The notes under the pieces were generated by a model. The model ran no database searches. It saw nothing but the letters and a program-made list of their open reading frames with translations, and was not told the DNA's origin. Of a stretch of DNA of 64,000 nt, positions 19,127 to 29,266 are shown in pieces. This DNA is from Actinomycetota bacterium (GTDB lineage Bacteria; Actinomycetota; Acidimicrobiia; Spongiisociales; UBA5794), in NCBI GenBank assembly GCA_030123765.1, contig JASJXX010000003.1:10795-74794 (forward strand), written 5' to 3'. Position 1 is the stretch's first letter; each line of letters begins with the position of its first letter. Both the position numbers and the translations under genes were made by a program.

Positions 19127-19981
19127 ATGATCAGTGGTGCTGCAGCCGAATCGACCTCAACGCTCATCGCCGCAGCCTCAGACCGTCTCACCCCGACCGA
19201 GCGGCGCATCGCGCAAGCGGTACTCGCCGAACCCTCCCTGCTCGCGTTCGGAACGGGGTCAGATCTCGCCCAGCACGTAGGGACGAGCCGGCCCTCCATT
19301 GTGCGTTTCGCGAACAAACTCGGCTTCAGCGGTTACACCGAGCTCCAGGACGCCGTGCGACGAAGTCTGTCACCGCACCTATTCCGCCCGAGTGACCGCA
19401 TCAGACATGACGACCCGTCAGCGTTCCCTGCGCGAGCCGCGCTCGAGCAAGCAGTAACCAGCGCCTTCGACGCGGTCGAGGGCGAGCGGCTGGCTGCGCT
19501 CGCCGCTCCGATCGTGCGTGCGGCGAATGTGTGGATCGTCTCCGGCGAGACCTCCAGGGCCGGCGCCCACGCCCTGGTCAGCGGGCTCTCCATAGTGCGT
19601 CCCGGCGTGCGCCTCGTCGAGGATCACTCCGCTGGCAGCGACCTCGCGGGAGCCGCGTCCGGTGATGCTGCGGTCGTCTTTGATTTCTTCCGGTACAGGC
19701 GCCACACGATCGCCACGGCACGCATCCTCACCGAGATCGGAGTTGCGATCGTTGCGATCACCGATGGCCCGCTCTCTCCTCTCGCGGCCCTGACCGACAC
19801 ATGGTGCGAACTCAGGGTTCCCGCGATCGGGCCTCTCGACAGCTCCGTCCCCGCGGTGGTGATAGCGGAACTCCTCGTCGCACAGGTGGCCAAGGACCTT
19901 CACGACGAGGCGACCGACCGCATCGACCGCATCGAACGGATGTGGGAAGCGACAGCGACGTTCCTCCCCCGCGACGGCTAA
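19127..19981 (+). CDS. MurR/RpiR-family transcriptional regulator
   Basis: LTPTERRIA...GTSRPSIVRFANKLGFSGYTELQ HTH plus SIS domain (AITDGPLSPL); divergent from the aminomutase operon. Confidence 0.9.
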   Translation: MISGAAAESTSTLIAAASDRLTPTERRIAQAVLAEPSLLAFGTGSDLAQHVGTSRPSIVRFANKLGFSGYTELQDAVRRSLSPHLFRPSDRIRHDDPSAFPARAALEQAVTSAFDAVEGERLAALAAPIVRAANVWIVSGETSRAGAHALVSGLSIVRPGVRLVEDHSAGSDLAGAASGDAAVVFDFFRYRRHTIATARILTEIGVAIVAITDGPLSPLAALTDTWCELRVPAIGPLDSSVPAVVIAELLVAQVAKDLHDEATDRIDRIERMWEATATFLPRDG

Positions 19982-21738
19982 GACATCACGGCCGGCCACC
20001 AGCCGCGCACCGAGTTGATGAGCGCGACAGCTTCAGCGACACGCGCCTCGGCAATCGTCACCGACCGTTCCGTGATCGTGTGGGCGTCGAGTAGCTCAGA
20101 ACGCAGGATCCCAGGGAGAAGCCCATCTGCAACGGGAGGGGTCAGCCACTCACCCCCGACGAGGAACACCACGTTCGCGATGGTCGACTCCGTCACGTGG
20201 CCGTGCTCGTTGACGCAGAGCACATCGTCAACATCCCGATGACGACTACGACGGTCGTCGAAGTGTCCCCTATCGGTGAGTTTGTGAAAGAGGCGCGGGT
20301 CACTGCTGTCGAGAGGGTCCAGATCGATCCGGACACGGACCGGCTCCTGCGCAAGACCAGGCCCGACCGAGAAACGCTCCGGGGCTCGTGCAAGGGCCAC
20401 CGACACAGCGCCGCTCCCTGAGAGCACAAGGCTCACCCGCGTCGGGCCTCTGAGGGACTCCGCCGACTCAAGGAGCGCCCGGCGCACCAGATCCACGTCA
20501 CAGACCACAGCCCAGTACGCAGCCGAGCTTCTCAGCCGTTCGAGGTGTTCCTCAAGGAGAACGTATCCGTCCTCCCAACGAATCGTCTCAAGCAATTCGA
20601 CCCGGGCCCCGCTCTCCGTGAGAACCAGCGCCTTGGCAAGAGCTTCGTCGTACTCGGCGTCTGCGTCAGAGTCCCAGGTGACTCCTCCTCCGACACCGTA
20701 TGTGGCACTGCCTCCGGATTGATCGACCACGGCAGTGCGAATCGCCACGTTGAAGCTCGCCCCCTCTACACCGTCACCCGGTGGAACGAAGCCCACCGCT
20801 CCGCAGTAGACGCCCCGCGGCCCGGGCTCCTGCTCAGCGATGATCGCCATTGAGCGAGCCTTCGGCGCTCCCGTCACCGATCCGCAGGGGAAGAGAGCCC
20901 CAAACACATCCACGAGACCGATACCCGGTCGAAGAACGGCCGCAACCTGAGACGTCATCTGCCACACCGTTCGGTACTGCTCGATCTTGAAGAGCTCGTC
21001 GACCTGCACCGACCCGAACTCGGCGATCCTCCCGAGGTCGTTACGGACGAGGTCGACGATCATCAGGTTCTCGGCACGGTCCTTCTCCGAAGATTCGAGT
21101 CCGAGTCGCCTCGCTTCGTCCTCAGCTGCCCATCGTCCTCGCGGTGCGGTGCCTTTCATGGGACGCGTCGTCACGCGCATATCACGCACCGAGAAGAACT
21201 GCTCAGGCGACACAGACACAATGTGTGTGTCCCCATGCCAGAGGTGCGCCGCGTACCTGGGATGCTGGGCGGCGACGAGGCTCGCGTACAACAGATCGGC
21301 ACTGGCCGAGAGAGTGGCGTGCATCCGAAACGTCAGATTGATCTGATAACTATCGCCGAGGGCAATGTGGCGACGCACGGCCGCGAACGCCGCCCCGTAC
21401 CGATCCCTATCAAAGGATGGCACCCAATTTGACGCGGTGTAGCCCAGCGGATCCGGGGGGAGAGTGTCCGGGGGGTCGACGTCGATCGTTCCGCCGAACA
21501 CACCGAACCAGACGAGCGGACCGTCGTAATCCTCCCGGACGACGAGTGCCCCGTCGAATGCGGGAGCTGCCTCATAGGCCACGTATCCCGCCACCCACCT
21601 GCCCGCGGCCGCTTCCTGGGAGACGCGTTCAATCGCGTCCGTGACGTCAGAGAGCTCTGTGGCGACGATCTCGCAGTGAGGATCTCGCAACACGAACGAA
21701 CGACCCGAATCCGCATCATCAAACCGAGCACCGAACAT
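19978..21738 (-). CDS. pabB: Aminodeoxychorismate synthase component I fused to a class IV (ADC lyase-like) domain
   Basis: YQINLT, SPEQF, RPMKGT, KDRAENLMIVDLVRND, FPCGSVTGAPK. C-terminal LLETIR...HK...ESTIAN...GLLPGI. Confidence 0.9.
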   Translation of the reverse strand: MFGARFDDADSGRSFVLRDPHCEIVATELSDVTDAIERVSQEAAAGRWVAGYVAYEAAPAFDGALVVREDYDGPLVWFGVFGGTIDVDPPDTLPPDPLGYTASNWVPSFDRDRYGAAFAAVRRHIALGDSYQINLTFRMHATLSASADLLYASLVAAQHPRYAAHLWHGDTHIVSVSPEQFFSVRDMRVTTRPMKGTAPRGRWAAEDEARRLGLESSEKDRAENLMIVDLVRNDLGRIAEFGSVQVDELFKIEQYRTVWQMTSQVAAVLRPGIGLVDVFGALFPCGSVTGAPKARSMAIIAEQEPGPRGVYCGAVGFVPPGDGVEGASFNVAIRTAVVDQSGGSATYGVGGGVTWDSDADAEYDEALAKALVLTESGARVELLETIRWEDGYVLLEEHLERLRSSAAYWAVVCDVDLVRRALLESAESLRGPTRVSLVLSGSGAVSVALARAPERFSVGPGLAQEPVRVRIDLDPLDSSDPRLFHKLTDRGHFDDRRSRHRDVDDVLCVNEHGHVTESTIANVVFLVGGEWLTPPVADGLLPGILRSELLDAHTITERSVTIAEARVAEAVALINSVRGWWPAVMS

Positions 21739-21835
21739 CTAACAACGATATGCACCTGTCAGATACTGATGCCAGATGCGAACATCCGGCTCTGATTTCT
21801 CGTAGTGTGTCACTCACCCGACCAAGGATCAGGCG

Positions 21836-23482
21836 ATGCACATGCAGGACGACTTCCCCCTACTCCTCAGCACCCTGTACGACAACGCCGTCTGGCAGTA
21901 CCCACGCCAGGAGATCGTCTCCGTTGAGGCGGATCTCTCCATTCACCGCACCACCTACGCCGAGACAGACGTCCGGATCCGCAAGCTCGCGACCGCACTC
22001 TCAGAAAAACTCAACACCGCACGGGGTGATGTGATCGGGACGTTCGCTTGGAACAACCACCGCCACCATGAGCTCTACTGGGCCACGGCGAACACGGGCC
22101 GCATCTGCCACACGCTCAACATCCGGCTCTTCGCCGATCAGATCGTGTACATCGTCAACCACGCTGCGGACCGGGTGATCTTCGTCGATCCCGACCTTGC
22201 CCCTCTCTTCGCCCCGCTGATCCGTCAGTTCACAACCGTTGAGCAGATCGTGATCATGGGACCGACGACGGAGGGCTGCGGCATCGAGGGCGCCATCGCG
22301 TACGAGGACCTCATCGCAGACGTCGAGCCCCTCGCCGAATGGCCGATGCTCGACGAGACGAGCCCGATGATGTACTGCTACACGTCAGGCACAACGGGCA
22401 ATCCGAGGGGTGTTGCGTACACGCAGCGGTCAACGTATCTGCACACCATCTCCAACCTCGCAGCCAACCCGATCAGCGCCGAAGACAACGTCCTCCCTGT
22501 CGTCCCGATGTTCCATGCCTCTGCGTGGGGATATCCGTTCATGGCGGTCACCAACGGAGCGAAGCTGACCTATCCCGGCCCGGATCTGTCGGGCGAAGGC
22601 ATCGTACGGCTCTTCGTCAGCGAGCACGTGACGTTCTCGGCGGGCGTCCCGACCGTCTGGCTCAGCATCCAGCAGCATCTCGAGGCGAATCCCGACATCG
22701 ACATCTCTCACATCCGTGCACTCTTCTGCGGAGGCTCGGCCGTCCCTCGTTCAATGATCGACTGGTTCGAGAAGAACGCCCGGGTACGCGTCATCCAGGG
22801 TTGGGGGATGACCGAGACGAACCCGGTCGCAGCGGCCGCGACGCTCAAGCCGTGGATGGAGGAGTGGCCATGGAGCGACCAACTCGATGTGCTCGAAACC
22901 GCGGGTCGACCCATCCCCGGACTTCAGGTAAAGATCGTCGATGAGCACTTCGAGACGCTACCGAACGACGGGGAGGCATTCGGCGAGCTCTTGATTCGAG
23001 GACCTTGGATCGCAGCCGAGTATTACAACGACCCGCGAACGAACGAATCGTTCGTCGATGGATGGCTACGCACCGGCGACGTCTGCAAAATCACCCCCGA
23101 CGGCTACATCCGAATCATCGACAGGGCGAAGGATGTCATCAAGTCCGGTGGTGAGTGGATCTCCTCCCTTGACGTCGAGAACGAGATCATGGCGCACCCC
23201 GATGTGACGGAGGCGACAGTGGTCGGGCTTGCGCACCCCAAATGGCAGGAACGTCCCGCCGCGTTCATCGTGACACGGGAGGGCGCAGCAGTGACCGCTG
23301 ACGACATTCGCGAGTTCCTCACCCCTCGAATCGCCGCGTGGTGGATGCCGGACAAGTTCGTCTTCGTCGACGAGATTCCCAAGACGGGGACAGGTAAGTT
23401 CGACAAGAAGGTGGTGAGAGCCCGATACGCGGATCTTCTCACAAGTGGCGAGGAACAGGCCCCCAGCCCATCGGCGTCCTGA
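21836..23482 (+). CDS. Fatty-acid/acyl-CoA ligase (AlkK/DmdB-like)
   Basis: YTSGTTGNPRG, PMFHASAWG, QGWGMTE, WLRTGD, DRAKDVIKSGGEWISS, KTGTGKFDKK. Confidence 0.9.
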   Translation: MHMQDDFPLLLSTLYDNAVWQYPRQEIVSVEADLSIHRTTYAETDVRIRKLATALSEKLNTARGDVIGTFAWNNHRHHELYWATANTGRICHTLNIRLFADQIVYIVNHAADRVIFVDPDLAPLFAPLIRQFTTVEQIVIMGPTTEGCGIEGAIAYEDLIADVEPLAEWPMLDETSPMMYCYTSGTTGNPRGVAYTQRSTYLHTISNLAANPISAEDNVLPVVPMFHASAWGYPFMAVTNGAKLTYPGPDLSGEGIVRLFVSEHVTFSAGVPTVWLSIQQHLEANPDIDISHIRALFCGGSAVPRSMIDWFEKNARVRVIQGWGMTETNPVAAAATLKPWMEEWPWSDQLDVLETAGRPIPGLQVKIVDEHFETLPNDGEAFGELLIRGPWIAAEYYNDPRTNESFVDGWLRTGDVCKITPDGYIRIIDRAKDVIKSGGEWISSLDVENEIMAHPDVTEATVVGLAHPKWQERPAAFIVTREGAAVTADDIREFLTPRIAAWWMPDKFVFVDEIPKTGTGKFDKKVVRARYADLLTSGEEQAPSPSAS

Positions 23483-23497
23483 CGCTCAACATCTCTC

Positions 23498-25744
23498 TCA
23501 GGCGAGCACGCTCTCCAGTTCGTCCACTGTGATCAACACGCTGCGTGCCTTGGAGCCCTCTGAGGGTCCGACGATGCCCTTTGCCTCCAGGATGTCCATG
23601 ACGCGACCTGCGCGAGCGAAGCCGATGCGGAGCTTTCGTTGCAACATGGACGTCGAGCCGAGTTGGGATCGCACGATGAGCTCGATCGCCTGGCGCATGA
23701 TCTCCGGATCCTCACCGTCGAATTGCTCAACCGCAGCCGCTGCCTGGTTGGCTTGTTTGAATACCTCCGCGTCGCGGTACTGAGCGTCACGCTGGTCTCG
23801 AACCCACTCAACGACCGCGCGGATCTCACCCTCGGAGACGAAAGAGCCCTGAATACGTTCCGGCTTCGGGTCGCGAGAGGTGACCACGAGCATGTCGCCG
23901 AGTCCGACGAGCTTCTCTGCGCCACCCTGGTCGATGATCACCCTGCTATCCGTCTGGGAAGCGACAGAGAAAGCGAGACGTGAAGGAATGTTCGCCTTGA
24001 TGACCCCTGTAATGACGTTCACCGACGGTCGCTGCGTGGCAAGCACGAGGTGGATACCTACAGCACGCGCCATCTGCGCGATGCGCACGATCGAATCTTC
24101 GACACTACGTCCGGCGATCATCATCAGATCGTTCAGCTCGTCGACGACGATCACGATGTACGGGAAGCGGTCAAACATCTCTTCATCAAGGCCGCCCGCA
24201 TCGTACGTCTCGCGGTACGAGTCGATGTCACGCACACCCGCGTCCGCGAGAAGGTCATATCTGCGATCCATCTCGGCAACTGCCCACTGAAGCGCGTCAG
24301 CCGCCTTCTTCGGATTGACAATCACCCGGGTCAACAGATGCGGTGCGCCGTTGTACTGGCCAAGTTCCACACGTTTGGGATCAACGAGAATGAGGCGGAC
24401 TTCATCCGGGGTCGCGCGCAGCAGGATCGAGGTGAGCAGTGAGTTGATGCACGACGACTTCCCCGCACCGGTCGCGCCTGCGATGAGCAGGTGGGGGAGC
24501 TCCGAGAGACGCAGCATGCGCGGTGTTCCCGAGACATCCATGCCGAGGCTCACGAGCATCGGATCGCGATCGCTCCGCGCAACTTCGGATGTGAGAATGT
24601 CACCGATCGTCACGAGGTGACGTTTCCGGTTCGGGACCTCCACACCGATCGCCGACTTCCCCGGAATGGGAGCAAGGATGCGAACGTCAGCTGCGGCGAG
24701 CGCATACGCGATGTCATGGGTGAGGCTGGTGACCTTGTTGACCTTCACACCCGGAGCAAGTTCGATCTCATAGCGGGTCACGGTCGGCCCCGGCACGATC
24801 CGCACGAGTTTCGCGTCGACTCCATGCTGGCGGAGCGTCTCCTCGAGGTCTTCGCCCGTCGCTTCGAAACCGCGCACGTCGTAGCTGTCGTGGTTCGAGA
24901 GCTTGAGGATCTCAAGGGGCGGGAGTTCGTACCCTTCGCTCTTCGCTGGCTCAGGTACCTTCGGCTGGAGGGGCGGAGACACAGGCGGTTCCGGTTCTGC
25001 ATCCTGGCTGACCTTCGACTTCCTCGGCGCCCGTGCAACGGGAGCGACCGAGGCGCCCTGCATCGTTGGCGGTGCATCGACAGCCATGGCCGCTGTACGG
25101 GTGTCGCGAGCCATGCCGATCCAGCTCCACAGACTAGAGAGCGAGGTGCCGATCGAACGAAGGACATCGCCAAGAGAAGCGCGCGTTATGAGAAGGGCGC
25201 CGATACCTACTACGGCGACGAGCACGACGAAGGCGCCCCAGTGTCCGACGATCCGTTCAAGGGGGTACGCAATGAGCGAACCGACGACGCCACCCGAGTT
25301 TCCGACGGAATCGCCGGTGCCCGCAATGGGGAGGTTGCCGGTGAGGAGATGGAAGAGAGCCAGGGATCCGAGGAACAGCACGGCGACCCCGACGATCATC
25401 TTCGGGTTCTCTTCTCGACTGATGACACCGGTGAGGGAGAGGCCACCAATGATGAATGCGAGAGGCACGACGAATGCCCAGACACCGAACAGCAGTCGGG
25501 CGATGTTCGACGCGGTGGTTCCGAACGGCCCTGCGAGTTCAAAGAAGGAGAGGAAGATGAGGACGCCGAGCGCTGCGAGGACGATGCCCCACACGTCTGC
25601 CTTGTGATCGCCGAGCTGTTCGCCGATCTTCCGCGGAACTACCCCCAGCGCGGAGATGATCCTCGTGACAAGTGACGCCTTTTTCTGTTTTCTCTTCGCG
25701 GTACTCCGCCCCGTGGCCCGACCCGCCGTTGTGCGTGTCGCCAT
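23498..25744 (-). CDS. ftsK: DNA translocase FtsK
   Basis: N-terminal TMs, PHLLIAGATGAGKS, VVDELNDL, ATQRPS, gamma domain LQRKLRIGFARAGR. Confidence 0.95.
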   Translation of the reverse strand: MATRTTAGRATGRSTAKRKQKKASLVTRIISALGVVPRKIGEQLGDHKADVWGIVLAALGVLIFLSFFELAGPFGTTASNIARLLFGVWAFVVPLAFIIGGLSLTGVISREENPKMIVGVAVLFLGSLALFHLLTGNLPIAGTGDSVGNSGGVVGSLIAYPLERIVGHWGAFVVLVAVVGIGALLITRASLGDVLRSIGTSLSSLWSWIGMARDTRTAAMAVDAPPTMQGASVAPVARAPRKSKVSQDAEPEPPVSPPLQPKVPEPAKSEGYELPPLEILKLSNHDSYDVRGFEATGEDLEETLRQHGVDAKLVRIVPGPTVTRYEIELAPGVKVNKVTSLTHDIAYALAAADVRILAPIPGKSAIGVEVPNRKRHLVTIGDILTSEVARSDRDPMLVSLGMDVSGTPRMLRLSELPHLLIAGATGAGKSSCINSLLTSILLRATPDEVRLILVDPKRVELGQYNGAPHLLTRVIVNPKKAADALQWAVAEMDRRYDLLADAGVRDIDSYRETYDAGGLDEEMFDRFPYIVIVVDELNDLMMIAGRSVEDSIVRIAQMARAVGIHLVLATQRPSVNVITGVIKANIPSRLAFSVASQTDSRVIIDQGGAEKLVGLGDMLVVTSRDPKPERIQGSFVSEGEIRAVVEWVRDQRDAQYRDAEVFKQANQAAAAVEQFDGEDPEIMRQAIELIVRSQLGSTSMLQRKLRIGFARAGRVMDILEAKGIVGPSEGSKARSVLITVDELESVLA

Positions 25745-25845
25745 GGGACTACAACTGTACCCCAGCTACCGCCGCGAACAAACCACCAAACGCGTCCGGC
25801 GTCGATTCTCCCCGTATGAGGTGAGAATCGGCGCCAGAGCGGGGG

Positions 25846-27474
25846 TCAGACTTCGATGACGACGGGGAGCACGACGGGGCGGCGTTTCACACTCTTCTTG
25901 ACAGCTCGCGTTGCGGAGTTGCGTATGCGGGTCCGTAACACGTCAGGGTCGATGGGTGCCTCGAGCGTCGCGACCGACTGTCGCACCCGCTCCTCGATCA
26001 GGGTGTGCAAGTCGTCGTCATCGGTCGTGACACCGTGAGAGTGCACGTCCGGCCCTATCAGAATCTCGCCACTGGCAAAGTTGACTCCGATCGTCACGAT
26101 GAGCACGCCGTCGTCTGCCAGATGCCTCCGGTCACGGATGATGCTGTCCGCCCCCCCGACCTCAACGCCGTCGACATACACGTACCCGCCCGGTATGGCG
26201 CCACGCTCGACGCGCAGATCGCCATCCTCGAGCACAACGACGTCGCCGTTGACACAGATTTCGACCTCGGGGATGTTCATGAGCGTGCCGAGCGCCGCGT
26301 TCGCGACGAGGTGCCGGTACTCGCCATGCACCGGCACGAGAGCGTCCGGCCTGACTGTGTTGTAAAAGGTCTTGAGTTCCTCGGCTGCGGCGTGCCCGGA
26401 CACGTGCACATGCGTGTTGCGCCCGTGAAACACCGTCACTCCCGCCCGGTACAGATTGTTGATGACTCTCGACACCCTGGTTTCGTTCCCTGGAATGGGA
26501 GTAGCGGAGATGATGACGGTGTCGCCTTCGCTCAGGGAGATAGAGCGATGTTCACCGGCGGCCATGAGCGAGAGCGCGGCGAACGGTTCTCCCTGGCTCC
26601 CTGTCGAGATGATCGCCGTGTCGGCATCCGGCATCTCGATGAGATCTTTCAGCTCGACCAGTGATCCGTCCGGGATGCTGAGAACGCCGAGATCCGCCGC
26701 GATCTCAGAATTGCGTAACATCGAGCGACCGATGAAGGCGAACTTGCGGCCATCGCGCACCATCGCGTCGATCGCCTGTTGCACTCGATGCACGTGGCTA
26801 GCGAAACATGCAAGCAGAACGCGGCCCTCCGCGTGGGAGACGATCTCGTCGAGCCGTTCACCGACCGTCACTTCAGACGGTACGAATCCCGGCAACTCGG
26901 CATTTGTCGAGTCGGCAAGCAGGAGCCGTACACCCCGCTTACCGATCGTAGCGAAAGAGCGCAGATCGGTTGGGACGCCATCAATCGGCGTCGGGTCAAG
27001 CTTGAAGTCGCCTGTGTGCAGCACGATCCCTTCGGATGTGTCGAACGCTATGCCGGCAGCGTCAGGGATCGAGTGCGACACCGGGATAAACGTGAATCGG
27101 AACGTCCCGTGATCGATCCACTCGTAGACCTCGACAGAGCGCAGATCGGGCACGATGCCGTGTTCCTCGATGCGGGCACGGGCGAACTCGATCGTGAGCG
27201 ATGTCCCGTATATCGGGACGTTGATCTCCTTCAGCAGATACGCGAGCGCTCCAATGTGGTCTTCGTGCCCGTGCGTGAGGATGATGCACTTCAGGTCATC
27301 GGGACGGGCGAGTATCGAAGCGAAGTCAGGAAGAACGAGGTCGACGCCAAGCATGTCTTCCTCGGGGAACATGAGGCCGCAGTCGATCAGAGCTATCTCT
27401 CCGTCGATCTCGATCGACGCACAGTTCCTGCCTACCTCCCCGAGTCCCCCGAGAAATCCGATCCTGACCGTCAC
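25846..27474 (-). CDS. rnj: Ribonuclease J
   Basis: GGLGEVGRN, THGHEDHIG, HTGDFK, DSTNA, HVSGH, PVHGE. Confidence 0.95.
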   Translation of the reverse strand: MTVRIGFLGGLGEVGRNCASIEIDGEIALIDCGLMFPEEDMLGVDLVLPDFASILARPDDLKCIILTHGHEDHIGALAYLLKEINVPIYGTSLTIEFARARIEEHGIVPDLRSVEVYEWIDHGTFRFTFIPVSHSIPDAAGIAFDTSEGIVLHTGDFKLDPTPIDGVPTDLRSFATIGKRGVRLLLADSTNAELPGFVPSEVTVGERLDEIVSHAEGRVLLACFASHVHRVQQAIDAMVRDGRKFAFIGRSMLRNSEIAADLGVLSIPDGSLVELKDLIEMPDADTAIISTGSQGEPFAALSLMAAGEHRSISLSEGDTVIISATPIPGNETRVSRVINNLYRAGVTVFHGRNTHVHVSGHAAAEELKTFYNTVRPDALVPVHGEYRHLVANAALGTLMNIPEVEICVNGDVVVLEDGDLRVERGAIPGGYVYVDGVEVGGADSIIRDRRHLADDGVLIVTIGVNFASGEILIGPDVHSHGVTTDDDDLHTLIEERVRQSVATLEAPIDPDVLRTRIRNSATRAVKKSVKRRPVVLPVVIEV

Positions 27475-28376
27475 GATGACCGGTCTTCGGTGATCGCCTT
27501 GAGGGCTCTGCCTACCGCCTCGACCGAATCGGGTTTCGCAGACATCAACGGGAGACGGGGCACTCCCACAGCATCCCAGTACTCCGTCAGCGCGCCTTTG
27601 AGGGGCATCGGATTCGGCTCGGCGAAGAGCGCCTCGTTGAGGGGCATCAAGAGGCGATGCAACGCGTCAGCCTTCTCTTCGTCGCCTTCGATGACGGCGT
27701 CGACCATCTCTGCTATCTCCCGGCCGGCGAGATGCGATGCCACAGACACGACACCGACAGCACCCATCGCGACGAGGTCTCTGGTGAGTTCATCCGATCC
27801 TGAGTACACGGCGATGCCCTCGGGCAGCGCCTCGATCGCACGACGGGACCAGTCAAGATCATCGACGGCGTCCTTCACCGCAACGACGTTGGGATGCTCA
27901 CAGATCTCGACGAGGGTGTCGATCTCGATGAGTGTCCCCGTACGACCGGGAATGTTGTAGATCATGACAGGCAGGTCGGTTGCGTCCGCGATGGCGTGCA
28001 TGTGGGCGATGATCCCGTGCTGAGGAGGTTTCGAGTAGTACGGGGTAACCGCCATCACACCATCCACTCCGGATTCTGCCGCCGAGATGGCGAACTCTAT
28101 GGACTCGGCCGTGTCGTTGTTCGTGCCACCGGCCACCACCTTCACCGTGTCCGGGGCGGCGTCGACGGCTGCAGCGAAGAGCGCCATCTTCTCCGGCTTG
28201 GAGAGCGTGGGTGACTCACCTGTCGTGCCGCACACGACGATCGATTCGGTGCCGTTCTCCGCCACATGGCGGACGAGCCGCCAGAACGCGGCGTAGTCTA
28301 TCGGACCCTCCGACGTGAAGGGGGTGATGATCGCCGTCGCGACCCGGCCGAACGGCGCCTCTGGTCGATGTTTCAT
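27471..28376 (-). CDS. dapA: 4-hydroxy-tetrahydrodipicolinate synthase
   Basis: TAIITPF, GTTGESPTL, PYYSKP, YNIPGRT, AVKDA. Confidence 0.93.
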   Translation of the reverse strand: MKHRPEAPFGRVATAIITPFTSEGPIDYAAFWRLVRHVAENGTESIVVCGTTGESPTLSKPEKMALFAAAVDAAPDTVKVVAGGTNNDTAESIEFAISAAESGVDGVMAVTPYYSKPPQHGIIAHMHAIADATDLPVMIYNIPGRTGTLIEIDTLVEICEHPNVVAVKDAVDDLDWSRRAIEALPEGIAVYSGSDELTRDLVAMGAVGVVSVASHLAGREIAEMVDAVIEGDEEKADALHRLLMPLNEALFAEPNPMPLKGALTEYWDAVGVPRLPLMSAKPDSVEAVGRALKAITEDRSS

Positions 28377-28418
28377 ATATCGGAAGTTACCACGAGACCT
28401 TGAATTAACCTTCCTCCC

Positions 28419-29264
28419 ATGACGAACGCAAGCCAACACGTCAAGGACATCACCACAGCGGACTTCCAGCGAGAGGTTCTGGCACGGTCGCGCGAGGTTC
28501 CCGTACTCGTCGACTTCTGGGCCGAATGGTGTGGCCCGTGCAAAACGCTCTCACCTCTGCTTGAACGCATCACGGACGAAGCCGACGGCGCCTTCGAACT
28601 CGCCAAGGTCGATGTGGATGCGAACCAGGAGCTCTCCACACAGTTCATGATCCAGTCGATCCCAACGGTCATTGCGATCAGAAACGGGAAGGAGGTGGAC
28701 CGCTTCTCCGGTGCCCTGCCCGAAGCCTCCATCATGGCGTTCCTTAAGGGCGTTCTCCCGAACGAGCTCGACATCATGGTGGAGGAGGCGCGAACTGCGC
28801 TGACATCTGACGACTCGCCAGGCGCCGAGCACATCTTGAGACAGGTACTCGACCAGCGATCTGACCATCACGACGCCGGGACGAGCCTCGCCGCTCTCCT
28901 CATCGACCGCGGCGAGATCGACGAAGCGCTCATCGTGCTCGGAAAACTCGTCTCCGACGGCGAAGTCGACCGCCTCCAGGCTGCGGCACGCCTCCGCCAA
29001 TCCGCGGGCAACGACATCCCATCGCTCGAGAGAGCAGCGTCAGCGGATCCGACCGACGACGATGCCCAGCTCGAACTCGCTCGAGCGCTCGCAGCACGGG
29101 CCGAGTATGAACCCGCGCTTGACAAGCTCCTCGCTGTCGTTGCGAGAAAGAGCACGGGGAGAGAGGATGCTCGCCTCGCGATCGTCGACATCTTCGAGGT
29201 GCTCGGCAACGACCACCCGTTGACACTCACTTACCGTCGGCTCCTCGCCGCGGCGCTCTTCTAG
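28419..29264 (+). CDS. cnoX: Thioredoxin-TPR chaperedoxin (YbbN/CnoX)
   Basis: DFWAEWCGPCK thioredoxin, TPR helices, C-terminal YRRLLAAALF. Confidence 0.88.
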   Translation: MTNASQHVKDITTADFQREVLARSREVPVLVDFWAEWCGPCKTLSPLLERITDEADGAFELAKVDVDANQELSTQFMIQSIPTVIAIRNGKEVDRFSGALPEASIMAFLKGVLPNELDIMVEEARTALTSDDSPGAEHILRQVLDQRSDHHDAGTSLAALLIDRGEIDEALIVLGKLVSDGEVDRLQAAARLRQSAGNDIPSLERAASADPTDDDAQLELARALAARAEYEPALDKLLAVVARKSTGREDARLAIVDIFEVLGNDHPLTLTYRRLLAAALF

Positions 29265-29266
29265 GA

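Larger units (their letters stand above)
14792..19988. mobile_element. Putative inserted 5.2-kb metabolic cassette bounded by an 8-bp direct repeat AGACATCA; no mobility gene
   Basis: AGACATCA at 14792-14799 and 19981-19988 brackets exactly five genes. Removing the cassette restores an in-frame pabB end (GTG ATG TCT GAT TGC TGA). Confidence 0.5.

Noticed and set aside
19978-21738. PabB-PabC fusion as a novelty
   Set aside because: It is a known, widespread architecture.
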